Virus record (IMG/VR): IMGVR_UViG_3300032294_002517 | Span: 1 to 47,107 of that record | DNA length: 47,107 nucleotides | Source of the DNA: a virus | Taxonomy: Duplodnaviria > Caudoviricetes | Strand: one strand, 5' to 3' | In this document: positions 20,050 through 29,144 of the stretch, piece by piece | How the letters are laid out: each line of letters starts with the position of its first letter | Position numbering within the stretch: position 1 is the stretch's first letter | Made by a program: the position numbers and the translations under genes | The notes under the pieces: model-generated | Told to the model about the DNA's origin: nothing | Databases searched by the model: none | The model's input: only the letters and a program-made list of their open reading frames with translations

Positions 20050-20136
20050 ATGAAGTCAGCAGATATTTGGACTTTGGTTTTATTTGTGTCCGCTTTGCTT
20101 TCAATACTTGAGTTTCTATTCCCGGTTAGTCCGTAG
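20050..20136 (+). CDS. 28-aa single-TM peptide
   Basis: GGAG RBS; MKSADIWTLVLFVSALLSILEFLFPVSP. Confidence 0.4.
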   Translation: MKSADIWTLVLFVSALLSILEFLFPVSP

Positions 20137-20146
20137 CGTTAAAACA

Positions 20147-20414
20147 GCGATCGCATCGAGTAGAACATTCTTTACTTGAAACTTTAGGAGCGACTAAAAG
20201 ACGCAAAAAAATTGACGAAATTTACATTTGTAAAGCAAGAGCAAGTGATGGCACAACAGTATATATTGCTAAACACGCAGGTAGCTCAATCAGTGAAGTT
20301 GTATTTTCTGTAATGAATAAAGCCAAGCAGGAAGGTTTTGAGGGTAGTTTTGAAGAAAGACTAGAAGAGTTGGGCTGGTCTGTGGTTAGAGCAAAAATAA
20401 CGGAATTAGCTTAG
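20147..20414 (+). pseudogene. 5'-truncated gene fragment starting at a HIP1 site
   Basis: open frame ...EIYICKARASDG...KITELA* with no start codon at its 5' end. Confidence 0.45.
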
Positions 20415-20480
20415 TCAGGATGTCACGCGGTTGGCAAAAACAACTCTTCCACAGATACGCCTAATGCCTTGTCAACGACG

Positions 20481-20524
20481 TAAAAACAGTGATCGCACTC
20501 ACCACAATGCGATCGCTGTTTTTA
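20481..20524. terminator. bidirectional hairpin containing HIP1
   Basis: TAAAAACAGTGATCGCA...TGCGATCGCTGTTTTTA. Confidence 0.6.
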
Positions 20525-20629
20525 TTAATGCCCTCTATAGTGCCTGGGGTTAGCAGGTAGAGGTGATGGTTTTGGCTTACGTGGCTTATCTTTATCTTTC
20601 TTATCCTTGGGTTCTTTATTCATAATTTT

Positions 20630-20851
20630 TTACCCTAACAACTTTTCCACAGATACATCTAACGCCCTGGACAGTGGCATGATCAGCGAAGGCTTTGCAA
20701 TTCCCCTCTGTTCGGCACGGATAATAGTCATTCTCGACACGCCCGCGCATATTGCTAATTGCTGATGAGACAGCCCCTTTGCAATTCTCCTATCTCTAAT
20801 AAAGCTCCCTTGACTTAGATTTCTCATAAACCTATACCAATATTGATACAA
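20630..20851 (-). CDS. XRE-family HTH regulator
   Basis: RIAKGLSHQQLAICAGVSRMTIIRAEQ. Confidence 0.85.
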   Translation of the reverse strand: MYQYWYRFMRNLSQGSFIRDRRIAKGLSHQQLAICAGVSRMTIIRAEQRGIAKPSLIMPLSRALDVSVEKLLG

Positions 20852-20921
20852 CTATCTAAATAATTGCCACCTATTGATTTATTCAGAATTTATTCTGAGA
20901 GTAGAGATACTGAATAATCAA

Positions 20922-22676
20922 ATGACTACACGAAAAATTATCAAAGAAGTCACTACAGAAGCGGCTGTAGTTGACTCAATAAATGCCGAAAAGCGAAAAC
21001 AGCGAAACACGCCCAGAGGTTTTGCGGTTCAAAGTTCCGTCAAAATTCAAGATTCTGCGTCAGTAGATGAACCCACAGAACCCGAACCCGAAAAACCCGC
21101 AGAAACTAAAGAAGAAGCTAAAACTTCCCTGACTTTGGAAGACGTACAGAAGCTTATTCAAAATCGATTAATTCCTGTTCAACAAACATTGTCTCAAGAA
21201 CAAGAAAACCGCCAAAAACTAGAGGTGGAACTTGCGGCGGAACGTCAAGCCAAGTCTGAATTAGAGCAAAAATTAGCTGTAGCCCAGCAGGATCAAAAAG
21301 TTCTAGAGGCACTATCAAAATTACAGGGGCAGACTGTTACACAAGTGGCAAATTTTAACCGCATTGTCGGATCTAAATCCGATAAACCCGAAGGTGCTTT
21401 AAGAGATTGGTTTGATATTCAGTCACGCTCTGACAGATACGAAAAACTCACCAAGAAAGGGCGGATCATCGAAACTGCCGACAATCGGGAATTGAACCAA
21501 TTTGTCAAGGAAAACCGTCAAGCGTTGATCAAAGATTTAGAATCTTGGGCTAAATCTAACGGGTTGCTGCGTGGTGCTAGTATTTCCAAAAACGCGACAA
21601 CTACCGCCGGCAATATCATGGGCGGCTTCTTAGCTGCTTTGTCTTCGTTGATGCGGACGAACAACCGTGAAGGCTTTATCTTTTGGCAGTTTGCGACTAC
21701 TGAATTTGATTTTGCCAAAGGTGAAGGAGATACCATCAAAGTCCCCCGCGCGGCTTATCTGCCACCTCCAGCATCTTCTAATGATCGCCTATTATCAGGT
21801 GGTGGCACTTACACCGCTATTGATTCCGGCACTCAAAATCTCTCTACCGGAACAATTAACCTCCAATTGGATGAATGGGGTTTGGGGCGCAATTCTCAAT
21901 TCCCACCGGTGGCAATCAGTAATTTTGTCAAGTCTTATTCCCTGATTGGCTTGATGGATATTTTGGAAAGAAACCTGATGCGTGACTACTACGCTTGGGA
22001 AGATTTGAGAATCCGTGAATTATGGGAGCCAACCAGCCGCGTAGTTTATAACAATGGCAACCGGGTGACAACTTCTGCGGGTGATGTTACCACTGGCGAC
22101 GGTGGACAGATGACACGGCGTTTTGCGTCCGCACTGTATGGCTACATGAAGGAGCTAAAAATTCCACCATTCAGAGGCAATAAGTACGGTTTGGCAATAA
22201 ACACCACTGCCCTAACCCAGCTAAAACAGGATTACGATAGATTCTGGAGTCCCGCCACGCCCCAGCAATTGCAGTCTCTCACAGAATACCTGAACCCTGC
22301 ATTGATCAGCCCTGGTGAAACTGATAGAGTTTCTGGCTATGTCGGCGACTTCGAGAACTTCATGATCTTTGAAACTAACGCCTATGGTGTTGGTAGTGCT
22401 GGTTCTCCTGGTGTCCAAAATGAAACCATTAACAGTGGAACGCAGCAAACCCATAGTAGCTTTGCTTTTGGTGAGCAAACTATCGCGCGGGGTATAGGTA
22501 CAGAAATGCAAATCTTGACTGATAACGATTTATTTGAGCGTTCCGAGCTTGCTATCTGGCACTCTGAGGAAGGCTTTGCAGCTATGGACGTTGACCCCAC
22601 TGGATACAACGACACTAGCGATGTTCCTCAGCAACTCCGTGTAATTGAAGTTAGAAGTACAGCGAACGCAATCTAA
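20922..22676 (+). CDS. major capsid protein with N-terminal scaffold/coiled coil
   Basis: position after protease, coiled-coil N-terminus, GEGDTIKVP capsid motif; ATG 20922 preferred over TTG 20874. Confidence 0.85.
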   Translation: MTTRKIIKEVTTEAAVVDSINAEKRKQRNTPRGFAVQSSVKIQDSASVDEPTEPEPEKPAETKEEAKTSLTLEDVQKLIQNRLIPVQQTLSQEQENRQKLEVELAAERQAKSELEQKLAVAQQDQKVLEALSKLQGQTVTQVANFNRIVGSKSDKPEGALRDWFDIQSRSDRYEKLTKKGRIIETADNRELNQFVKENRQALIKDLESWAKSNGLLRGASISKNATTTAGNIMGGFLAALSSLMRTNNREGFIFWQFATTEFDFAKGEGDTIKVPRAAYLPPPASSNDRLLSGGGTYTAIDSGTQNLSTGTINLQLDEWGLGRNSQFPPVAISNFVKSYSLIGLMDILERNLMRDYYAWEDLRIRELWEPTSRVVYNNGNRVTTSAGDVTTGDGGQMTRRFASALYGYMKELKIPPFRGNKYGLAINTTALTQLKQDYDRFWSPATPQQLQSLTEYLNPALISPGETDRVSGYVGDFENFMIFETNAYGVGSAGSPGVQNETINSGTQQTHSSFAFGEQTIARGIGTEMQILTDNDLFERSELAIWHSEEGFAAMDVDPTGYNDTSDVPQQLRVIEVRSTANAI

Positions 22677-22912
22677 TGGCAACTAAACCAGCAATTGAAA
22701 AAACCGAGGATGAAACCGTTCTCACCGAACCTCAATCCGAGGACAAATCCACAGGCGAAACCGTCCCCACCGAACCCGTACTGGAAGCTCCACCCCATGC
22801 GGGGTTCACAAAAAACGGCGGTTGCCTGACTTGTTCTGGAAAAATCAGGACTAATACCGAGGGTAAAATTTTTTGCCCCATTGATCACCCTAGCTGTCCA
22901 AGGAATAAATAA
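22676..22912 (+). CDS. small Cys-containing head-associated protein
   Basis: TAATG coupling to the capsid gene; CLTC...CP..HPSC. Confidence 0.6.
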   Translation: MATKPAIEKTEDETVLTEPQSEDKSTGETVPTEPVLEAPPHAGFTKNGGCLTCSGKIRTNTEGKIFCPIDHPSCPRNK

Positions 22913-23314
22913 ATGTCCCCTCCAATCCCCTCTAGGATGCAACTTGATACCGTTGGTGGTATCGCTAAAGCTACTTTTGATCTTTCTGAACACGGCGGTG
23001 CAGTCGGTTCAATCCCTATTGAGTTAGAATTACCAGCCGGTGCAATCATCCATCGTGGTTTTGTAGATGTCGTCACAGCCCCCACTAGCGGCGGTTCTGC
23101 CACTATCGCACTGAATTTCATCGGTAGTGGAACTCAGGCGATTTTGTCAGCAACTGCGATCGCATCCGTAACTGGAGTATTGGCACTTACAGCAAATACT
23201 ACGCCCGTTAAGGTTGTTAGCACCACTGGCAAAGCAAAACTGAATGTCACCGTTGCAACTGCGGCGTTGACAGCGGGTAAATTTAACGTTTACTTACAAT
23301 ATTTCGGAGTTTAA
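22913..23314 (+). CDS. head decoration/spike-like protein
   Basis: Ala/Thr/Gly-rich beta protein with LPAGAII motif, following the capsid gene. Confidence 0.6.
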   Translation: MSPPIPSRMQLDTVGGIAKATFDLSEHGGAVGSIPIELELPAGAIIHRGFVDVVTAPTSGGSATIALNFIGSGTQAILSATAIASVTGVLALTANTTPVKVVSTTGKAKLNVTVATAALTAGKFNVYLQYFGV

Positions 23315-23316
23315 AA

Positions 23317-24039
23317 ATGTCTTGGCTGTCCCCAGAAGAATGTTTAGAATATGCTCCAAACATGACCCTATCTGGGGCTGCCTTGCAGACGGCAATTGAT
23401 ATTTCTCAGATGATTGTGGAGGGGGTGAATGGCGCAGACCGCCCCCTCTCAGCCACGTCTTTCACTAAGGTCATAAAGATTCCCCAAGACAATAGGATTT
23501 TATTGCCAATTACGCCATTACTGGACGATCCCGCGCCTGTTGTAAGGCTAAGAGGTTCAGATTTAGCCCCAAGATTTGGCTCTTATTCTAGTCAAGAATG
23601 GGAGGTATTAAGTAATGATAATTATATAGTTGATTATGACAATAATGAGATTGCGTTATTGGGGTTGAATAGGCTTTTCTATAGAACAAATTCATCTGCT
23701 AATGTGGGTAAGTTTAGGAGACAGCAGCGGCAACCCACTGCGCCGCTTGGGCAAAGACAGGTAAAAATAACCTACTCAAGTGGGGTTGATTTTACTGCGG
23801 ATACCCCAGAAGCCAATAGATTAAAAATGGCGTTAGCGTCAATAGTTGCGCTGAGAACTTCCGCTCAATCGCAAGGTGTAAAATCAGTGGAAATTAGCGA
23901 TGAAGAATACAAGGTGATTTACGCCTCGCAGTCAGATTATATGGGTATTTCTTCTCAAGGTGGTGGCGTAAACGGTTCACCAATTAATGAGCTATTATCT
24001 ATTTTTAAAAAATACAAACCTCTTGATTTTGTCGCATGA
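23317..24039 (+). CDS. head-tail adaptor
   Basis: YIVDY, VKITYSSG, GVKSVEISD motifs and synteny. Confidence 0.7.
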   Translation: MSWLSPEECLEYAPNMTLSGAALQTAIDISQMIVEGVNGADRPLSATSFTKVIKIPQDNRILLPITPLLDDPAPVVRLRGSDLAPRFGSYSSQEWEVLSNDNYIVDYDNNEIALLGLNRLFYRTNSSANVGKFRRQQRQPTAPLGQRQVKITYSSGVDFTADTPEANRLKMALASIVALRTSAQSQGVKSVEISDEEYKVIYASQSDYMGISSQGGGVNGSPINELLSIFKKYKPLDFVA

Positions 24040-24479
24040 TTGATATTGAATCTATAGCAGCATTGGCATTGCAGCACATCCCAGATCCTTATTTTGGAAC
24101 TGCAAACCTAACGTTAACTCTCAGCGTTGGTGACGGTGATTTTGAAGTTGACCCAGACACAGGAAACCCGATAGAATCATCTTCTGAATTAGTAATTGAG
24201 TGTAGTGTTTCTGAGGATAAGGACGCACGACCGAATCCGATAGAAGGCAATATTGGAACGACTGTTTTATATTTAAAAGGAAGGTGTTTAAATCCTAAAG
24301 TTTTGCCAGGTACTATTAATTTCACTAGCACGGGTGAGGCTGTATTAACTAATCCAGACAATACTACTGTTTCTGGTAATTGGCGATTCACGGCAACTCC
24401 CCAGAATAGAATCAACTCCTATGTTGACAAACGTGGTAGTTTTATTAAAGGTATATTAGTTGTGCCAACGGCGGTTTAG
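24036..24479 (+). CDS. head closure/stopper-like protein
   Basis: synteny; VDPDTGNP motif. Confidence 0.55.
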   Translation: MIDIESIAALALQHIPDPYFGTANLTLTLSVGDGDFEVDPDTGNPIESSSELVIECSVSEDKDARPNPIEGNIGTTVLYLKGRCLNPKVLPGTINFTSTGEAVLTNPDNTTVSGNWRFTATPQNRINSYVDKRGSFIKGILVVPTAV

Positions 24480-24490
24480 GAGCGTGATCT

Positions 24491-24736
24491 ATGCTAGATG
24501 AAAATGATGTTAAGCAGCTTGAGATAATTTACCAAACTGACAAAAATGAGGCGAACAAGCGCGACTTATCTATGGCAATCCGCCATATAAATATGTTTGA
24601 ATCTCAAGTTACGGCGGTCAAAGATATTTTGTCAAACTCTTTCGCTTCCAATAGGAGTAAAATCACGAGATTATTTGTATATACCAATATAATGGATATA
24701 CAGCAAGGAATGGAATTAAAACGAGTAAAATATTGA
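24491..24736 (+). CDS. hypothetical protein
   Basis: AGGAG RBS; 81 aa. Confidence 0.55.
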   Translation: MLDENDVKQLEIIYQTDKNEANKRDLSMAIRHINMFESQVTAVKDILSNSFASNRSKITRLFVYTNIMDIQQGMELKRVKY

Positions 24737-24743
24737 CAAACCG

Positions 24744-25097
24744 ATGATAATTTTATTGTTGCTATTAGACGGGGTTAGAAAAGAATACGACTTTGAAGCT
24801 AATAGTGGCATAAAAATCGGTAGCAGTCGTATTTGCGATGTAGTCGTCCCCGATATTGACAAGATACATTGCACTCTGGTTCTTTTTTATGAAGATAGTT
24901 TTTATTATTTATTGTTTGATGGAGAAATTCTAGGAAACCCTTCTGGTAATGGGGTTTGGGTTAATAACAAAAGGATTTTTTCAAAATGTAAGGTAAAAGA
25001 TCGAGACGTGGTAACGTTCTTTGAAAATTCTATTTATCCTCATTTAATATTATTTCCCGACGGAATACCAACGGAGTGTAAAATCAATGAAATTTAA
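24744..25097 (+). CDS. FHA domain protein (degenerate)
   Basis: IKIGS..CDVV..IDKIHCTL...DG..GNPSGNGVWVN. Confidence 0.75.
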   Translation: MIILLLLLDGVRKEYDFEANSGIKIGSSRICDVVVPDIDKIHCTLVLFYEDSFYYLLFDGEILGNPSGNGVWVNNKRIFSKCKVKDRDVVTFFENSIYPHLILFPDGIPTECKINEI

Positions 25098-25551
25098 TAG
25101 AAAGGAAGTTTTATTTGTCGCTCCTGTTTTGTCTGCCGCTTTTTTTATTATTGGCAAAAAGCTTGGACTGACGTGGCTAGAATTGCAGGGCGTTTTCATC
25201 GCAATACTAGGGCTTATTGTATCCGTGTGGGCGGCTTTTAAATCCATCGAGGACACAGAACAAGCATCAATTAATGGAATAAAACAGGAGCTAACCGCGT
25301 TAATTGAAGGCATCAAGCGTGACAAAGAGGAGATGGACAAATCTCAGTCTAAGGATCTTGAGTTTATCAAGCAGCAAGCAACTTTTTTGTCGGAGGTGGT
25401 TCAGGAGCAAAATCGGATCAACCTTGATATGGCACGAGGTTATGAGCAGCTATCAGCAGCGTTCGCTCAAAATGATAAGTATACAGGGACTATGAAGCTA
25501 CTGGAGAACGCCATTAAACGGATTGAGGAGTTGGAAAATGCAAGTCATTAG
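25087..25551 (+). CDS. two-TM plus coiled-coil membrane protein (possible holin-like)
   Basis: two hydrophobic N-terminal helices followed by a coiled coil. Confidence 0.55.
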   Translation: MKFNRKEVLFVAPVLSAAFFIIGKKLGLTWLELQGVFIAILGLIVSVWAAFKSIEDTEQASINGIKQELTALIEGIKRDKEEMDKSQSKDLEFIKQQATFLSEVVQEQNRINLDMARGYEQLSAAFAQNDKYTGTMKLLENAIKRIEELENASH

Positions 25552-25603
25552 TTATTGGTTGTTGTTATCGGTATTTTTATGGAGTTATTGGTAAATAAAT
25601 GTA

Positions 25604-25632
25604 TTGACAACTGGTAGTTACCAGTTTAGGAT
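25604..25632 (+). promoter_or_regulatory. promoter with palindromic operator
   Basis: TTGACA-17-TAGGAT; spacer contains ACTGGTAGTTACCAGT. Confidence 0.75.
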
Positions 25633-25719
25633 TTTAAATATAAAGAAGGTGAACGCTTACTTTTCTCAGGAGGGCGTTCACCTTCTAATTCACTCACAAG
25701 TAAATGAGAGAACTGTATT

Positions 25720-25812
25720 ATGGCACAAAAGTCAGGTGGCAGTAGTTTAACTTTGGTTTTAGAACAGGTTAAACAAGAAATTCAAGTTGATGCCGATGGT
25801 AATCCCGACTAG
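25720..25812 (+). pseudogene. truncated antirepressor-like gene fused to a CAST repeat
   Basis: MAQKSGGSSLTLVLEQVKQEIQVDADG then runs into repeat sequence and stops. Confidence 0.55.
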
Positions 25813-25917
25813 GGGTGGGTTGAAAGTATATATAGGTTATTGACTTGCATTAACCATTAAAATGGTTGCAAAATAGAAATGATCATGGGAGGGTTGAAAG
25901 GCGCACTTCGTTCGGGA
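25801..25917 (+). CRISPR. type V-K (CAST) array remnant with tRNA-Pro homing spacer
   Basis: partial repeat ...GGGGTGGGTTGAAAG, 38-nt spacer, atypical repeat GTTGCA...GGGAGGGTTGAAAG, 17-nt spacer GCGCACTTCGTTCGGGA. Confidence 0.85.
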
Positions 25918-25981
25918 TTATTCTGAGATGTTTTAGTATACTTAGAAGTGCAGTGGAATCAACTCCACTTCATCAAAATCA

Positions 25982-26141
25982 CGACATTAATTTGCGAAAA
26001 CTCAGAATCATTAAATTGACTCCAAAAAACAGCAACCGCGACATTAATCTGCGAATAACGACATTAATCTGCGAATAACGACATTAATCTGCGAATAACG
26101 ACATTAATCTGCGAAATGCGACATTAATCTGCGAACGTACA
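25982..26141. mobile_element. solitary V-K CAST (Tn7-like) transposon end
   Basis: six CGACATTAAT(C/T)TGCGAA TnsB-type sites, five of them at 20-bp period, ending in GTACA (TGTAC terminus on the minus strand). Confidence 0.85.
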
Positions 26142-26212
26142 GATTTTATTGGATGAGTAACCAGTTTTCCTTATTCCAATAAGTTATTTGATTTTTCAAT
26201 AACTAGAGCCAC

Positions 26213-26257
26213 ACAACCATTAACCCGTCTTTTGTGGCGAGACAGGTTAATGGTTGT
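26213..26257. terminator. long hairpin at the 3' end of the HTH gene
   Basis: ACAACCATTAACC-CGTCT...AGAC-A-GGTTAATGGTTGT. Confidence 0.55.
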
Positions 26258-26486
26258 CAAAGCTTACGCCAAAGTCAACGCCCAATACTTGTTCTAACTT
26301 TTTTAGGGTTGGGTAAGCGATCGCCTCAACTGCACCCTCTTCAAACCTTCGTAATGACAAGCGACTGATTCCAGCGTCTCTGGCAACTTGTGACAAGGGC
26401 GTGTCTCCCCTTGCTTCCTTTAGTCTTTGTGATAAGTCAGGAATTTCCGCTTCCTGGGTACGACGGACTTTCATGTTGGTAGTCAT
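26247..26486 (-). CDS. XRE-family HTH regulator
   Basis: RLKEAR..LSQVARDAGISRLSLRRFEEG. Confidence 0.85.
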   Translation of the reverse strand: MTTNMKVRRTQEAEIPDLSQRLKEARGDTPLSQVARDAGISRLSLRRFEEGAVEAIAYPTLKKLEQVLGVDFGVSFDNH

Positions 26487-26550
26487 GATTAACTGTTCTC
26501 CTATGTTACGTGATACTTTCCAGATCCCATAATAATCTTTATTTTCCCTC

Positions 26551-26579
26551 TTGACAACTGGTAACTACCAAGTTACTAT
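26551..26579 (+). promoter_or_regulatory. promoter with the same operator as 25604
   Basis: TTGACA-ACTGGTAACTACCAAGT-TACTAT. Confidence 0.75.
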
Positions 26580-26664
26580 TATAAATATAAGGGAGGCAGC
26601 CGCTACACCTACCAAAGTTAAACGACTGCCTCCTACCAACCCTATAAAAAGGATTTCTTAAATC

Positions 26665-27756
26665 ATGTCACATCCAATCTACTCAAGTCAACAGTTATTA
26701 AATCGTGGTTTAGCTAAAGTTAAAAAAATCGCTGCTGACTTGGGCGTTATCCCCACAGGCGATAAGAGACTTATCCAGTCATGGGTAGATGCAATTGTTG
26801 AGCATCAAGCCGCCCAGGTTAGTAAAATTGAAATCGTAGAAGCAACCATTGAGTTTGACAATGGCTGTGGGGGACTCGTAGAACCGTATACAGCATTAAT
26901 TGATGGGCAGGAAACTCTGCTCAATGGATGGAGTCACGAAGGACTGACAGAGCCTTATATGGTTATGGTCAATGGTGAAGTCGTTCACAGAGCCGCAACC
27001 TACCAACAAGCTGAAAGATATTGCAAATGGCACTCCCTCACCCTTGTTGACAGTCAAACCTTAGCTCAAAATGAGCTAGAGGTTGAAATGGAACAGCAAG
27101 CCGCAACAAGGGCAGAGAAAGCCGCATCTGTAGAGGTTCTGGAACAGGTAGAGGATGAGGGCTTTGTTAAGTTTGTCGTCCAAAGTGGTGAAAACTTGTA
27201 CACCGTCACACCTGCACACCCAGTGAATAAAGAGCGTTGTGAGCGTGGGGATGTGCATTTTAGGAGTGTCGAGTGTAAGCACCAAAACGCTGTCAAGAAT
27301 GCTTTAATCGCCAAAATTCAGTTTATATCCCCTGCAGATTTTGGGGATTGGGAGGCTATTGTAGACAATGAGGTCATCGGGACTATAGATCAGGATTTCG
27401 AGGCTGGGTTGTGGCGCGTGAATATGCTCCGAGAAACTCATAGCTTTAGCTCGTATCTAGAGGCGGAGCAATTTATCAAAGATCAATATGTGGGGGATGT
27501 TTTTATGAATGGCAGGGGTTCAGGCCGCATAGAGCAGCCTATCGAAGACATCGGCTATTTAATCGAAGACATTAATTTTAGGGATGAAAGAGGACAGCAA
27601 TATTCAGTTAGATTTCATGGGGTGCTGACTGGGTATATCTGGCTAAATGATGATCTAGGTTGGACTCTCAATGGTGAGGATCACCAGGATGACTGGCGAC
27701 CCGTAGCCAAGGAATTAGTCAAATTGACCAGACATGAGTATTTGGTAGCAGCTTAG
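26665..27756 (+). CDS. multidomain early protein with degenerate SWIM zinc finger
   Basis: CERGDVHFRSVECKHQ (CxC...CxH with the second Cys replaced). Confidence 0.65.
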   Translation: MSHPIYSSQQLLNRGLAKVKKIAADLGVIPTGDKRLIQSWVDAIVEHQAAQVSKIEIVEATIEFDNGCGGLVEPYTALIDGQETLLNGWSHEGLTEPYMVMVNGEVVHRAATYQQAERYCKWHSLTLVDSQTLAQNELEVEMEQQAATRAEKAASVEVLEQVEDEGFVKFVVQSGENLYTVTPAHPVNKERCERGDVHFRSVECKHQNAVKNALIAKIQFISPADFGDWEAIVDNEVIGTIDQDFEAGLWRVNMLRETHSFSSYLEAEQFIKDQYVGDVFMNGRGSGRIEQPIEDIGYLIEDINFRDERGQQYSVRFHGVLTGYIWLNDDLGWTLNGEDHQDDWRPVAKELVKLTRHEYLVAA

Positions 27757-27825
27757 TAAATCGGCTGGGTGCGATGCCTTATCAAATCCGCACAGATAAA
27801 ACAATAAACGTACAGGACAAAAACA

Positions 27826-28740
27826 ATGACAAAAACAGCAGTAACCGCTCCAGATTTTGAAGATCAGTCTTTTAGCGCACCCGCAAGCGATCGCCCGCCA
27901 TTTGCCCAAATAATTAATCCCAGATTTACCAAGAAGGGTATCGCGCCTTATGGTTTCGCATTAACCAAGAAAAATGCAGAGGCTTGTTCATTTTCGCCCC
28001 CAAGTCATTGGGACTTGGTAGAGCATGAGTTCGCTAGTGGGGATAAAGAGCCAGTCTTCATGACCCTTACTCCAAGGTTGCTGATTATCGCCCAAACACC
28101 TTTGTATCTAAAGCTTCGAGAAACAGGGGAGTTTCTAGGAGAGATGCGAGAAATTCCCGATTATTGGGATAACAAAAACCTTTACAAAATTATTAGCTAT
28201 AAGTGGTGTTATGTGCTTGATGAAAATTCCAAGCCATGTAATGCCGTCCCTTTGCTGATATCCCTTGGAGGCGCAAGCGGCGCATCGTTCAACGCTTCAT
28301 GGCTGCAATATCAGACAAAATCGGTATCTCGTAGCGGGTTCTGCTTTGACATGGAGAAAGCTTATGCTCAAAGCAGGAAACAAGATTACAAGCCGATGGG
28401 TGAACTATTTCACGCTCATTGTATCTACGAACCTATGTTTGACGCTGACGAGCGTGGGACTAAACCCAATACGGCGTTAGTAGCTATTGTCGCAAGTTAC
28501 AAACCTGCAAATATTGGCTCTTTGGTTGTTAACGGCAGTGATTTAAGCGAACAGATCAAAGTCGCTAGAGAGTCCGTAAAAGACTGGCAGCCCCGCAAAA
28601 AGGCAAACAAGCCAGAAGTTGAAGACGACGGATACAGCCCAAAAGGCAAGCCGTTAAGCGGCTTCAGCGAATATGATGCGGCGGCACAATCGGGGGTTTC
28701 CGGGCTTGATGATGACGATTTTGGCTATCCTCCCTACTAA
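27826..28740 (+). CDS. cyanobacterial SSB/recombination-like protein (DUF5895-like)
   Basis: PFAQIINP, PRLLI motifs; acidic DDDDFGYPPY tail. Confidence 0.6.
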   Translation: MTKTAVTAPDFEDQSFSAPASDRPPFAQIINPRFTKKGIAPYGFALTKKNAEACSFSPPSHWDLVEHEFASGDKEPVFMTLTPRLLIIAQTPLYLKLRETGEFLGEMREIPDYWDNKNLYKIISYKWCYVLDENSKPCNAVPLLISLGGASGASFNASWLQYQTKSVSRSGFCFDMEKAYAQSRKQDYKPMGELFHAHCIYEPMFDADERGTKPNTALVAIVASYKPANIGSLVVNGSDLSEQIKVARESVKDWQPRKKANKPEVEDDGYSPKGKPLSGFSEYDAAAQSGVSGLDDDDFGYPPY

Positions 28741-28761
28741 TTAATCCCATAGGGTGCAGCG

Positions 28762-28968
28762 ATGCACCCTAACAAAAACTTTCACCATTTAAATAATATG
28801 AATATCTGGAAACCAACGACACAGCCTTTTATTATTTATTGCCGAATCCCTGGCGAAAATGAGCTACGAATTGTCAGAGGATTTGATGATTCTGAAGAGG
28901 CTAATCAGGAATTGGAACGGCTAAATAAGCCGACAAATTCAAAGCCATACAAACTAGGTGAATCATGA
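28762..28968 (+). CDS. hypothetical protein
   Basis: 68-aa ORF in the operon. Confidence 0.5.
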   Translation: MHPNKNFHHLNNMNIWKPTTQPFIIYCRIPGENELRIVRGFDDSEEANQELERLNKPTNSKPYKLGES

Positions 28969-29144
28969 TAGACCAATCTTTGATAGACCATTTTTAATCT
29001 CGCATCCATTCCCGTCGGTACACTTGTCAGGCAAAAATATTGTGATAGTGCTACCTACCCTCCATGTTTGCCCTCGCGTGGCAAGTAAGTCAAATAATCT
29101 CTCTTTCGCCATCATCGTGAGAGTTAATGATGATTGCTGCATTT

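Noticed and set aside
26039-26135. CRISPR array or coding repeat (ORF 25866..26078)
   Set aside because: The 20-bp units have no spacers and end in a TGTAC terminus, fitting TnsB sites; the ORF is a by-product.
26201-26204. GTT PAM about 60 bp from the CAST end as proof of RNA-guided insertion
   Set aside because: The distance fits, but GTN is too frequent and neither remaining spacer matches the adjacent sequence.
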